64,000 nt of DNA from Phycisphaerales bacterium (GTDB lineage Bacteria > Planctomycetota > Phycisphaerae > Phycisphaerales > UBA1924). Position numbers and translations under genes: made by a program. The notes under the pieces were generated by a model, which was not told where the DNA came from, did not search any database, and saw nothing but the letters and a program-made list of their open reading frames with translations. The stretch lies in assembly GCA_965216865.1 (NCBI GenBank), contig OZ244206.1, forward strand, positions 967,745-1,031,744, written 5' to 3'. This document shows, piece by piece, positions 53,339-62,386 of this stretch (the stretch's first letter is position 1; every line of letters starts with the position of its first letter).

Positions 53339-53382
53339 GCTGTCATCGTATCACCCGATCAGGATGTGTGCGTTCAGGAAGC

Positions 53383-53422
53383 GGTGAAAGAAAACAGTGC
53401 ACCACCGTGAGGCGGCACACTG
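53383..53422 (-). terminator. possible intrinsic terminator downstream of trmL
   Basis: An imperfect stem, CAGTGTGCCGCC-TCA-CGGTGGTGCACTG, is followed by TTTTCTTTC on the minus strand. Confidence 0.4.
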
Positions 53423-53573
53423 TTCTGGAGAGAGGAGAGAATCCGGGTCACACTGGTCGGCCCAGCACCTCTTCAGTGCCGTTCCAAATGAGAGAGAGTC
53501 TGTCAACTACAGATATACGAAGACTTCGTTCACCTGTTCGATCAAGAATCCAAAAATCTCGAAGAATCGGCGC

Positions 53574-54191
53574 TCATTCCGCGCAGAACCCCTTTGTTGA
53601 GGGGTGGAGCAAGCGCCCATCTGTATCCACGACCGCCTCTCCGGACCCGTACATATTCCGAATCGCTGAATACACGCACACCGCGACACAGGTTGACAGG
53701 TTCAGTGAGCGTTCGCCCGGCACCATGGGCACGCTGATTCGCTGTGATGCTGGCACGCGATCGAGGACTTCGCCTGACAAGCCCTTTGTCTCGCGACCAA
53801 ACACGAGATGATCCCCCACGCCGATCGGTGCGTCGAAAATCGACCGTGTCGCGTGCGAAGTCAGGAACCAGGACCGTGCGGGCGGTTGATCACTCGGCGG
53901 GTGCGCTTCAAGATACGCGTCCGCGTTCTGGTGCTCAACGAGATCCAGTCGAGCCCAATAATCGAGCCCCGCGCGGCGGCATGCCTTCTCATCGATATCG
54001 AATGCGAGCGGATGCACGAGATGCAGGCGCGAACCCGTCGTCACGCAAGTGCGCCCGATGTTCCCGGTGTTGTTCGGGATCTCAGGCTCCACCAGCACCA
54101 CATGCACGCGTGGTTGTTCTAAACGCACACCCGCGTTCGCGAAATCGACATCGCGGGTGTGCTCATGATCGGTTGGGTGTGGCTCGGGCAT
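53574..54191 (-). CDS. trmL: tRNA (cytidine/uridine-2'-O)-methyltransferase TrmL with a C-terminal extension
   Basis: VHVVLVEPEIPNNTGNIGRTC, LHLVHPLAFDIDEKACRRAGLDYW and a SpoU knot region are present. Confidence 0.85.
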   Translation of the reverse strand: MPEPHPTDHEHTRDVDFANAGVRLEQPRVHVVLVEPEIPNNTGNIGRTCVTTGSRLHLVHPLAFDIDEKACRRAGLDYWARLDLVEHQNADAYLEAHPPSDQPPARSWFLTSHATRSIFDAPIGVGDHLVFGRETKGLSGEVLDRVPASQRISVPMVPGERSLNLSTCVAVCVYSAIRNMYGSGEAVVDTDGRLLHPSTKGFCAE

Positions 54192-54223
54192 GGGGGATTA
54201 TTCACACCCGGATCGGGTGGGGT

Positions 54224-55390
54224 TCAATCCGTGAACATCGGATCGACCTGCAGAATCTGCTCAAGGGCCTCTTCAAACTCATGCTCGAAGCCCGGATTCA
54301 AGGGATAACCCTGCCAGCGGATCACACCATCGGTCGAGAGCAAAACAACATGCGGGATGCCTCGGACCTTGAGAGATTTGAAAATCGACTGGTCTTCATC
54401 GTAGAGATGCGAGTATGCGACCCGGTTCTGATCAATATACGAACGCACCTTGCTCTCGGGGTCTCGCTGTCCCGAGATCGCGAGTACCGCGAGTTTGTCC
54501 CTGTGCTTCACCTGCAGCTTGTTTGCAATCGGCGAGAACTGCTTGCACGGGCCGCACCATGTTGCCCAGAAGTCGAGCATGATGACTTTGCCCTCAGTAT
54601 CGACCGGCTTGGTCAGCCACTTCTCGTTCCCCAGCGCAACGGGGAGGGCTTTGCCCTGAAAATCATCGGCGTAAATCTCGCCCGTATTCACTGCTGGCCA
54701 GTTCGCATTCGCATAGGCCTCCGCTGGAATGACCTTGTTTTCTGGCTCTTGTGGCTGCGTTTCCACTGCTTCAGCAAGAGCGAGGTCCTGTGATTGAAGC
54801 GCCGCGTTCGCGATTGCTTGCTCCGGGGTCTCGCGCAGCAGCTGCCCAACCGCGGTTTTGAGTGATCTGCTGTCGATGTCCGCGTAGCGGAGTTGCCCGG
54901 CACGATCGATCAGGTACAGGTCGGGCACATCATCGCATTTCATCGCCTTGGAGAAGGCGCCATCTTGATCCTGAGCGACCCGAACTCGCACACGCCCTGC
55001 ATCGACCTTCGACTGGATCTCTTCCCAACCCATATCAGGATGCACGGCGAACACTACGAGCCCGTCTTTCGCGTTCTGCCGTTCGTATCGCGCGAGCGTT
55101 GAAAGTGTGAGCAGTGATTTCGGTTCTGAGGCATGCACAAATCCGATGAGCACGACCTTCTCTTCGATGCTCGACGCGGTGACCGCTTCCCCCGTCGTCC
55201 AGTCTTTGAGCGATTCGAGGTGTGACACATCGAACGGATCGCACTCCATTTCGCGAATCTCAGCGATGTGGCTCGCGGCCCCCTCCCGCTCAATCCCGGG
55301 TGCAGAGGAACTCCCCGCGCCCATCGCGGTGCCGGTAAGCACGATGAAAGGAAAGAGAGCAAGCAGACGCGTGCTGGCGTGATGCAACAT
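54224..55390 (-). CDS. secreted two-domain thioredoxin-fold protein (degenerate N-terminal domain plus TlpA-like WCGPC domain)
   Basis: A signal peptide is present. The first Trx-like domain lacks CxxC (GFVHASEPKS). The second has DFWATWCGPC. Confidence 0.8.
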   Translation of the reverse strand: MLHHASTRLLALFPFIVLTGTAMGAGSSSAPGIEREGAASHIAEIREMECDPFDVSHLESLKDWTTGEAVTASSIEEKVVLIGFVHASEPKSLLTLSTLARYERQNAKDGLVVFAVHPDMGWEEIQSKVDAGRVRVRVAQDQDGAFSKAMKCDDVPDLYLIDRAGQLRYADIDSRSLKTAVGQLLRETPEQAIANAALQSQDLALAEAVETQPQEPENKVIPAEAYANANWPAVNTGEIYADDFQGKALPVALGNEKWLTKPVDTEGKVIMLDFWATWCGPCKQFSPIANKLQVKHRDKLAVLAISGQRDPESKVRSYIDQNRVAYSHLYDEDQSIFKSLKVRGIPHVVLLSTDGVIRWQGYPLNPGFEHEFEEALEQILQVDPMFTD

Positions 55391-55485
55391 TGAGTTCCTC
55401 CGCGATCCTTACGATCAGTATGGTCGATTCTTCTTGATGCATCGTAATGCAGATGACTCATATCTACAAACAAGATCAGCGTGCG

Positions 55486-55515
55486 CAACAAAAAACCGCC
55501 CATTTCAGGGCGGCG
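55486..55515 (-). terminator. intrinsic terminator of the TlpA-like gene
   Basis: The minus strand reads CCGCCC-TGAAAT-GGGCGG followed by TTTTTTGTT, 23 nt after the stop. Confidence 0.7.
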
Positions 55516-55537
55516 TAAGATCGGGATACTTTGGCGA

Positions 55538-56158
55538 TCAGCCCTTCGCCTGGATCAACGGGTCGGCCTTGATGACCTTCTCGACGGCTGCTTTGAATCC
55601 CTGCTCGTGGGGGTTGCCCATCCAGCGGATGACGCCGTCGGTCGAAACCACAAGCACAAGCGGGATCCCAGTGGATTTAAACTCTCGGAACACCTGCATG
55701 TCTTCGTCGTAGAGCTGAAGGAAAGGTTCCTTGTGCTCTGCGATGAATGACTCAACCGTGTTCTGATCTTCACGCAGACCAGACACGCCGACGACGATCA
55801 GATCGTCCTCATGCTTCTCCTGAAGATCTGCGAGTTTGGGGGCAGCGGCGATACACGGGCCACACCATGTCGCCCAGAAGTCGATGATCATGACTTTGCC
55901 TTTGGTGTCTTCAAGAGACATGCCATCGGAAATCACCGTTTCCTTGCCGAGCGCGACGGGCATCTTCTTGCCCTGGAAGTTATCCGAGTAAAGGTTCCGC
56001 TCAGGATTATGGGTTGGCCACGAAGCGGTCTCGTAGGCCTTGGCTTCAACTGTGGGCAGCTTTTCTGCCGTATCACACAGCGGGCAGTGCGCATCGCCCG
56101 GACCTGCCATGGCGAGAGTCATGCCGGCGCTGGCGATGATAATGGAGATAAAACTCAT
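55538..56158 (-). CDS. TlpA-family thiol:disulfide oxidoreductase
   Basis: A signal peptide and DFWATWCGPC are present, with an extra CPLC near the mature N-terminus. It is a paralogue of the C-terminal domain of 54224-55390. Confidence 0.85.
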   Translation of the reverse strand: MSFISIIIASAGMTLAMAGPGDAHCPLCDTAEKLPTVEAKAYETASWPTHNPERNLYSDNFQGKKMPVALGKETVISDGMSLEDTKGKVMIIDFWATWCGPCIAAAPKLADLQEKHEDDLIVVGVSGLREDQNTVESFIAEHKEPFLQLYDEDMQVFREFKSTGIPLVLVVSTDGVIRWMGNPHEQGFKAAVEKVIKADPLIQAKG

Positions 56159-56244
56159 GGGTGTCGCTCCTTGTCATTGGCCTGCCTTCGCCCGGCCATC
56201 GGCTTCCCCTCGGGATCTGGGTTGAAAAGTGGATGCACCCGAAC

Positions 56245-57093
56245 CTATCTCGGTTCGAGGCACGCATGGAGAGTAACGGCTGCCGCGACGGAAATATTCA
56301 ACGAATCCACACCTCGCCCCATAGGAATTCGTATACGAAGGTCCACAGACTCCATCGTTCGTCCGGTAAGACCGGGCCCTTCAGCCCCAAAGCACAGTGC
56401 TGGACGCGCCAATGCTCGATGAGAAGCCGAGGACAACGGCTCACCCCCCGGATCTGGGGTCATTGCGAGGGAGGTGAACCCCAGCACGCGTATCTGCTCA
56501 ATAAACGCGGGCAAATCATCAACGATCGCATAGGGAACACGCAGCGCGTGCCCCATCGAGACCCGCAGCGACTTGCGATAGAGCGGATCGCAGCATCGGG
56601 CGCTGAGAATCACCGAGACCCCCTCGCCACCCAGAGCGGCGGTGGAGCGGAACACGGAGCCAACATTATCGTGATTGCTCAGGTCCTCGAGGACCACGAG
56701 CGCCCGGGAGCCGCGGGCGAGCTCTACCGGATCGGGGTTGGGGATCCGTTTGCCGCATGCGAGGAGCCCGCGATGGATCGGGAAGCCGACGATCTCGTCC
56801 ATGACTGTTTGCTCAGCGACATAGATAGGGATGGATTCCGGCACGCGTTTGAGCAGCTCTTCGACACCCGGAACCCGAGAATGGCTGACGAAGACCGACT
56901 CGATCGGGAAGCGTGAATCGAGCAGGTGCTCGACCACCAGCACGCCCTCGGCGATGAAGTAACCCAGGTCCGTCTCAGATTCTGACGCGTCGGGGTTGTG
57001 GGCGGCTTTGAGCCACGCGTCTTTTTGATTGAGAAAGACCCCGATTCTCGGGTCTGATGGGTCAGTGATCTCAATCATTGAGCCGATGGACAT
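56245..57093 (-). CDS. TrmH/SpoU-family RNA 2'-O-methyltransferase
   Basis: LEDLSNHDNVGSVFRSTAALG, FGAEGPGL and IPMGRGVDSLNISVAAAV are present. Confidence 0.85.
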   Translation of the reverse strand: MSIGSMIEITDPSDPRIGVFLNQKDAWLKAAHNPDASESETDLGYFIAEGVLVVEHLLDSRFPIESVFVSHSRVPGVEELLKRVPESIPIYVAEQTVMDEIVGFPIHRGLLACGKRIPNPDPVELARGSRALVVLEDLSNHDNVGSVFRSTAALGGEGVSVILSARCCDPLYRKSLRVSMGHALRVPYAIVDDLPAFIEQIRVLGFTSLAMTPDPGGEPLSSASHRALARPALCFGAEGPGLTGRTMESVDLRIRIPMGRGVDSLNISVAAAVTLHACLEPR

Positions 57094-57150
57094 GGGGTAG
57101 GCACATACTTTCGTGGATTGGATGAAACGCGCATGATCGATACGGGATCG

Positions 57151-58071
57151 ATGAACATTCTACAGGCCGTCGTCCTCGGTTTGGTCGAGGGGATCACAGA
57201 GTATCTGCCCGTGTCCTCCACGGGTCATCTGATCATCGCGGCGGATCTGCTCGGGCTGGGCGAGTCCGCGGCGCAGAAGGAAGCCGTCGATACCTTCAAC
57301 ATCGTCGTTCAGGGGGGCGCGATCCTCGCGGTCCTCGGGCTGTACTTCCCACGCGTCGTGCAGATGTGCAAGGGACTGCTCGGCAAGGACCGGGCGGGCC
57401 TGAAACTCGCGCTCAACATCATCGTCGCGTTCCTGCCGGCCGCGGTGCTGGGTGTGCTCTTCAACGACATCATCGAAGAAAAGCTCTTCAACACCCCTTC
57501 CGTGATCACGGCGCTGGCATTGGGCGGGATCTTCATGATCGTGATCGATCGGATGAAGTTCCGCAAGGTGGACTCGGACGGCGATCCGGAGAATGACCTC
57601 ATCGAACTGAGCATGGGCAAAGCGCTATTCATCGGGCTGATGCAGTGCGTCGCGATGGTGCCGGGCACGAGCCGCTCGATGATGACAATCGTCGGCGGCG
57701 TGATGGCCGGGCTCCGCCCCAAGCAGGCCGCGGAGTTCAGCTTCCTGCTCGGGCTCCCCACGCTCGGCGGTGCGTGTGTCTATTCCCTTGCCAAAAACCT
57801 CAAGGAATCGTCCAACGCAGGCACGGCAAACATGTTCGAGATGCTCGGATGGGTCCCGATCGCTGTAGGATTGATCGTCGCGACAATTTCCGCCGCGATC
57901 GCAGTGAAATGGCTCGTCGCGTTCCTTAATAAGCACGGCCTGGCGCTCTTCGGGTACTACCGTTTGGTGCTTGCCGCGGCCCTTGGTGGTTTGATCGCGA
58001 TGGGCATGGTGAACATCGACGAACCCGTCCCCGAACCCAATGACATCCCTGCGGTGAACCCCGATGAGTGA
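57151..58071 (+). CDS. uppP: undecaprenyl-diphosphate phosphatase
   Basis: ILQAVVLGLVEGITEYLPVSSTGHLII and PGTSRS are present. The ORF opens at 57118, and the start at 57151 (MNILQ) is a guess. Confidence 0.9.
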   Translation: MNILQAVVLGLVEGITEYLPVSSTGHLIIAADLLGLGESAAQKEAVDTFNIVVQGGAILAVLGLYFPRVVQMCKGLLGKDRAGLKLALNIIVAFLPAAVLGVLFNDIIEEKLFNTPSVITALALGGIFMIVIDRMKFRKVDSDGDPENDLIELSMGKALFIGLMQCVAMVPGTSRSMMTIVGGVMAGLRPKQAAEFSFLLGLPTLGGACVYSLAKNLKESSNAGTANMFEMLGWVPIAVGLIVATISAAIAVKWLVAFLNKHGLALFGYYRLVLAAALGGLIAMGMVNIDEPVPEPNDIPAVNPDE

Positions 58072-59338
58072 TACGGCAACCCAGACACAGATGAAAACCT
58101 CGTTCCCAAAGTCGCAGATCGAGATCGTGCTCCTCGAAGGGACGCACGAGTCGGGCACGCGCCTGCTCGCGGACGAGGGGTTCAATGTCACCACGCACAA
58201 GGGCGCACTCGAGGGCGAGGCATTAATCGACGCGATCCGTCGGGCCCATGTCGTTGGCGTGCGTTCCAAGACCCAGATCACCCGCGAGGTCATCGAAACA
58301 TGCGAGCGATTGCTCGCGGTCGGATGCTTCTGCGCCGGCACGAACCAGGTCGATCTGGACGCGGCCGCGGAGCGCGGGATCGCGGTGTTCAACTCGCCGT
58401 TTAGCAATACACGATCCGTCGCGGAACTGACGATCGCGGAGATCATTGCGCTGCACCGTCAGCTCACGGCGCGGAGCCACGCGGCGCACGAGGGCAAGTG
58501 GCTCAAGAGCGCGACGGGCGCCCACGAGGTCCGCGGCAAGACACTCGGGATCATCGGGTACGGGCACATCGGTTCGCAGGTCTCGATCCTCGCGGAGTCG
58601 ATGGGCATGCGGGTGCTGTTCTTCGATGCGATCAACAAGCTCCCGCTGGGGAACGCATCGACCGCGAACACGCTCGAGCAGGTGTTGCGTGAGAGCGATG
58701 TCGTGACGCTGCATGTGCCGGACACGGAAACCACACGAGGATTGATCGGTGCCAACGAGATCGGGATGATGAAACCCGGCGCGTACCTGATCAACAACGC
58801 ACGAGGGAGTGTGGTGGATCTCGAAGCGCTCAAGGGCGCGATCGAGTCGGGCGCGATCGCGGGCGCGGCGCTGGATGTATTCCCAGACGAGCCGGCGAAG
58901 AGCGGCGAGCCCTTCACCTGTCCGTTGCAGGGCTTGAACAATGTCATCCTCACGCCGCATGTCGGAGGATCGACGATCGAAGCGCAGGAAGCGATCAGCT
59001 TGGACGCCGCGGGAAAACTCCTGCGTTTCATCAACATGGGCACCACGACCGGGTCGGTGAATGTCCCCGAGGTTGACCTGCCCGATCAGCAGCGTCACCT
59101 CGTCGAGGGCGACAAACGCCCGCATCGGATCCTGAACTTCCATCGCAATGTGCCGGGCGTGCTCGGCAAGATCCACGAGGCGGCGAGCGAGCTCGGCATC
59201 AACATCAGCGCCCAGTATCTGCAGACGAACCCGGAGATCGGGTACCTCGTTCTCGACGCGGATCCCAGCGATGCAAAGACGCTCGCGGACCGGATCGACT
59301 CGATCGACGAATCCATCCGCACTCGGATGCTCTGGTAA
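58064..59338 (+). CDS. serA: D-3-phosphoglycerate dehydrogenase (with ACT domain)
   Basis: The NAD motif GIIGYGHIGSQV, NARGSVVD, HVGGST and a C-terminal ACT-like region are present. It overlaps uppP by 8 nt. Confidence 0.9.
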   Translation: MSDTATQTQMKTSFPKSQIEIVLLEGTHESGTRLLADEGFNVTTHKGALEGEALIDAIRRAHVVGVRSKTQITREVIETCERLLAVGCFCAGTNQVDLDAAAERGIAVFNSPFSNTRSVAELTIAEIIALHRQLTARSHAAHEGKWLKSATGAHEVRGKTLGIIGYGHIGSQVSILAESMGMRVLFFDAINKLPLGNASTANTLEQVLRESDVVTLHVPDTETTRGLIGANEIGMMKPGAYLINNARGSVVDLEALKGAIESGAIAGAALDVFPDEPAKSGEPFTCPLQGLNNVILTPHVGGSTIEAQEAISLDAAGKLLRFINMGTTTGSVNVPEVDLPDQQRHLVEGDKRPHRILNFHRNVPGVLGKIHEAASELGINISAQYLQTNPEIGYLVLDADPSDAKTLADRIDSIDESIRTRMLW

Positions 59339-59374
59339 ACCGGTCTTTTGTCGGTTGGGTGCGAAGAATAACGC

Positions 59375-60022
59375 ATGCCGATCGAACTGACCCGTAACGC
59401 ACCGAGTCTCGACCACACCCGCATGATCGCGGACGACCTTGCCGCTGTCCTTCGCCGTGGCGATGTCGTGCGCCTGCAAGGGGAGATGGGCGCCGGGAAG
59501 ACGACCTTTGTGCGTCTGCTCGCGCAGAACTACGGGATCGCGGAGGACGCGGTCTCCTCCCCCACCTTCGTCATCATGAATATCTATGGCGACGAGGATT
59601 CAGATCACCCGACCCTCGCCCACATGGACTGCTACCGACTGGGCGATGAGTCCGAGCTCGACGCGCTGGGCTGGGACAGGATCATCGGCGGCGACGCGAT
59701 CGTGCTCATCGAATGGGCGGAGCGGATCGACGACGCCATCCCCGAGGACGCGTTGCGGATTTCGATCGACCATGTGGACGAGACCAGCAGGCGGTTCCGA
59801 TTCTCGATCCCGGATCACTGGGCCGAGCGGGCCGGGTTTGATGCGATCCGCCCACGCCCCGACACCACCTGCCCGGTGACCGGGCAGCCCGTGTCCGGGG
59901 AATCCCTGACCTGGCCCTTCGCGTCCGAGCAGGCGCGGATGGCGGACCTGAACGCGTGGTTCAACGAGGAGCATGTGATCTCGCGTCCGATCGAACAGGC
60001 GGATCTCGAGCAGGGCGAGTAA
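59375..60022 (+). CDS. tsaE: tRNA t6A biosynthesis ATPase TsaE fused to a Cys-depleted YacG-like tail
   Basis: The P-loop GEMGAGKTTFVR, SPTFVIMN and DCYRL are present. The C-terminal 50 aa read CPVTGQPVSGESLTWPFASEQARMADLNAWFNEEHVI. Confidence 0.85.
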   Translation: MPIELTRNAPSLDHTRMIADDLAAVLRRGDVVRLQGEMGAGKTTFVRLLAQNYGIAEDAVSSPTFVIMNIYGDEDSDHPTLAHMDCYRLGDESELDALGWDRIIGGDAIVLIEWAERIDDAIPEDALRISIDHVDETSRRFRFSIPDHWAERAGFDAIRPRPDTTCPVTGQPVSGESLTWPFASEQARMADLNAWFNEEHVISRPIEQADLEQGE

Positions 60023-60048
60023 CACGGCCCGGGTTTGCGTGATACCCT

Positions 60049-60726
60049 GTGGGTATGCATGCACTGACGCTCGCACAAACAACGGATGGCACCGGCGCGA
60101 CGAACGCGTGGTCGCTCTTTGTCGATTCCTTCGATGTCTTCACGATCGCGCTGATTCTCGGATCGCTCGTCGCGGTGACCCTGATCGCACGGGTCGTCAT
60201 GGACGCGCGACAATCCGTGATCGCGCCAGACTCGATCTACCAGAATCTGCGATCGAACCTGATACAGAAGAATACTGGCGGGTTCGAGAAGGGGCTCTCC
60301 GATCGGACAGCGATTGTTTCCATCGCGTGCAAGGCCGCGTACGACGCACGGACGAAAGGACGCGACGCGATGCGCGACGCGGCAGAGATCGCAGCATCCA
60401 ACGCCTGTGCCCGATGGAGTCGCCCTCTGGATCTGCTGCGGATCATCGGGGAACTGGGCCCGCTCGTTGGGCTCGCGGGGACGGTCTGGGGGATGATCAT
60501 CGCGTTCGTACGCCTGGGACAGGCGGGCGGAGCGGCCGGGCCAACGGATCTGTCGCTGGGCATCTCCAAGGCGCTCTTTCACACGATGCTCGGATTGGTC
60601 CTTGCGATCCCGTGCCTGTTGATCTACGGGATCTTCCGCTCACTCGTCGAGAAGCATTGCAACAGCGCGATGGCGCAGGCGGGTGAGCTCGTGGACATGA
60701 TCCCCGAGGAATCGGAAGCGGGATGA
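60049..60726 (+). CDS. exbB: MotA/TolQ/ExbB proton-channel protein
   Basis: GELGPLVGLAGTVWGMI and ISKALFHTMLGLVLAIP are present. Confidence 0.85.
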   Translation: MGMHALTLAQTTDGTGATNAWSLFVDSFDVFTIALILGSLVAVTLIARVVMDARQSVIAPDSIYQNLRSNLIQKNTGGFEKGLSDRTAIVSIACKAAYDARTKGRDAMRDAAEIAASNACARWSRPLDLLRIIGELGPLVGLAGTVWGMIIAFVRLGQAGGAAGPTDLSLGISKALFHTMLGLVLAIPCLLIYGIFRSLVEKHCNSAMAQAGELVDMIPEESEAG

Positions 60727-61142
60727 TGCGCCGTCGTTCCATCCTGAACGACGAGGGAACATCGTCGAGGGTGAATGTCACGCCAATGATCGATGTGGTC
60801 ATGGTGCTGATCGTGTTCTACCTGCTCGTTGGACAACTCGCGACCGATCGACGCGCGCGGATCGCGCTGCCGTCGAGTTCGACAGGGATCGAGGAAACAC
60901 AGCGGACCGATCCGATCATCATCGGCGTCACGATCGACGGCACGCGATCGCTCAACGGCGACGCGATCGAGCTCGATCGGTTGGAGGCGCAGGTTTCGGG
61001 GATGCTTGCGCGATCGCCGGGCACGCCCGTGCGGGTTCGCGCAGACAAGGACACGCCCCACCGTTTCGTGCGCCCGGTGTTCAATGTCCTGCGTGATATG
61101 GGTGTCGGTAAGATCGAGCTCGTGACGGAGCAGCGACCATGA
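60723..61142 (+). CDS. exbD: ExbD/TolR biopolymer transport protein
   Basis: VNVTPMIDVVMVLIVFYLL is present. It overlaps exbB by 4 nt. Confidence 0.85.
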   Translation: MMRRRSILNDEGTSSRVNVTPMIDVVMVLIVFYLLVGQLATDRRARIALPSSSTGIEETQRTDPIIIGVTIDGTRSLNGDAIELDRLEAQVSGMLARSPGTPVRVRADKDTPHRFVRPVFNVLRDMGVGKIELVTEQRP

Positions 61143-61600
61143 GTGATTCTGGATCACCAACCCGTTCGCGACCGCTCAAGCAGCGGAACATCTTCGGGAA
61201 CAAGGGACGGTTCGGTCCCAACATGACCCCGATGGTGGATGTCGTGCTGGTGATCCTGATCTTCTTCATGGCCGCGACCACGATCGTCGGGCAGGAATGG
61301 TTCCTGAAGGCAGATCTGCCCGAGCAGCGCGAAGAAACAAGTGAGACCAACGGCTTCACCCTCCCGACGCCGATGCTTGATCTGGAGTTGTTTGTCGAGC
61401 GTGATCGGATCGTGGCACGCGGTCTGGGCCCCGAAGCGATCGAAATCGACGAGGTCATTTCGCGCATCGAACACATGGACGCGGCCCTCAGTGAAGGGCT
61501 GATCCTCCGAATCGGCGCGAGCGACGATGTCCCGTACGGAGCAATTGTCGCGGTGCATGACGCGGGCAACGCCAAAAAAATGCGGATTGCAATCCGCTGA
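61139..61600 (+). CDS. exbD: ExbD/TolR biopolymer transport protein (second copy)
   Basis: NMTPMVDVVLVILIFFM is present. It overlaps the upstream exbD by 4 nt. Confidence 0.85.
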   Translation: MSDSGSPTRSRPLKQRNIFGNKGRFGPNMTPMVDVVLVILIFFMAATTIVGQEWFLKADLPEQREETSETNGFTLPTPMLDLELFVERDRIVARGLGPEAIEIDEVISRIEHMDAALSEGLILRIGASDDVPYGAIVAVHDAGNAKKMRIAIR

Positions 61601-61690
61601 GACCTGTTTCACGACAATCAAGTTCGATCTGTGCGTCCGGATTCGGGTATCCTCGAACCCGTGGGAGCAACCTCACACAGGAGATTCCGG

Positions 61691-62386
61691 ATGAAAACGC
61701 ACGCGATCCTCGCAGCAGGCACGATCTCGATCCTCGCGAGCGGTTTATACGCGGACATGGTGATTTTCGAGAACAACAACACCGTTGGTGCGCTCCGCGC
61801 GTTCAACCCCAACTTCGGGGACACGATACTGGGACAGGCCCTCGATATCACCAACGCCGCAGACAATCAACCAGGCATCGGTGTGACGCCCGGCGGGTCG
61901 TTGTTCCTCATGCAGGTCAACGATTTCACGGGTCAGTACCTGTGGCTGGGCACCGGCACGGTCACGCGGTCAGCGGAGTCCTCGATCGCGACACTGATCC
62001 CTACACCCGAGCTCCCATTCGGCGAGGCCTACTACGGGCCGACGCTCTACAACGACTTTGACTCGATCGACGAAGCGGCGAACTTCGCGGACGGCTGGCG
62101 GATCATCCATGGGATGAACAATCTGACAGACGCACCCGGTGTGTTTTCAACGGACGACATCTTCACCGTGGGCGTTGAGTTCGAGCGTGATGGCGCGCTG
62201 CATTATGGGTTCGCGGAGTTCAAACGCACGATCGATGTGCTCAACGGGCAGGTCGATGTTTCGATCGCTCCCGTCCGATGGGGATACAACGACATCGCGG
62301 GAGAAGCCGCTGTAGTGATCCCCGCACCCGCGGGCTCAATCGCATTGGTTGGGCTCGGGGTTGGGTTCAGTCGCCGACGGCGCTGA
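61691..62386 (+). CDS. secreted protein with PEP-CTERM-like C-terminal anchor
   Basis: A signal peptide (MKTHAILAAGTISILASGLYA) is present. The C-terminus is VIPAPAGSIALVGLGVGFSRRRR. Confidence 0.7.
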   Translation: MKTHAILAAGTISILASGLYADMVIFENNNTVGALRAFNPNFGDTILGQALDITNAADNQPGIGVTPGGSLFLMQVNDFTGQYLWLGTGTVTRSAESSIATLIPTPELPFGEAYYGPTLYNDFDSIDEAANFADGWRIIHGMNNLTDAPGVFSTDDIFTVGVEFERDGALHYGFAEFKRTIDVLNGQVDVSIAPVRWGYNDIAGEAAVVIPAPAGSIALVGLGVGFSRRRR

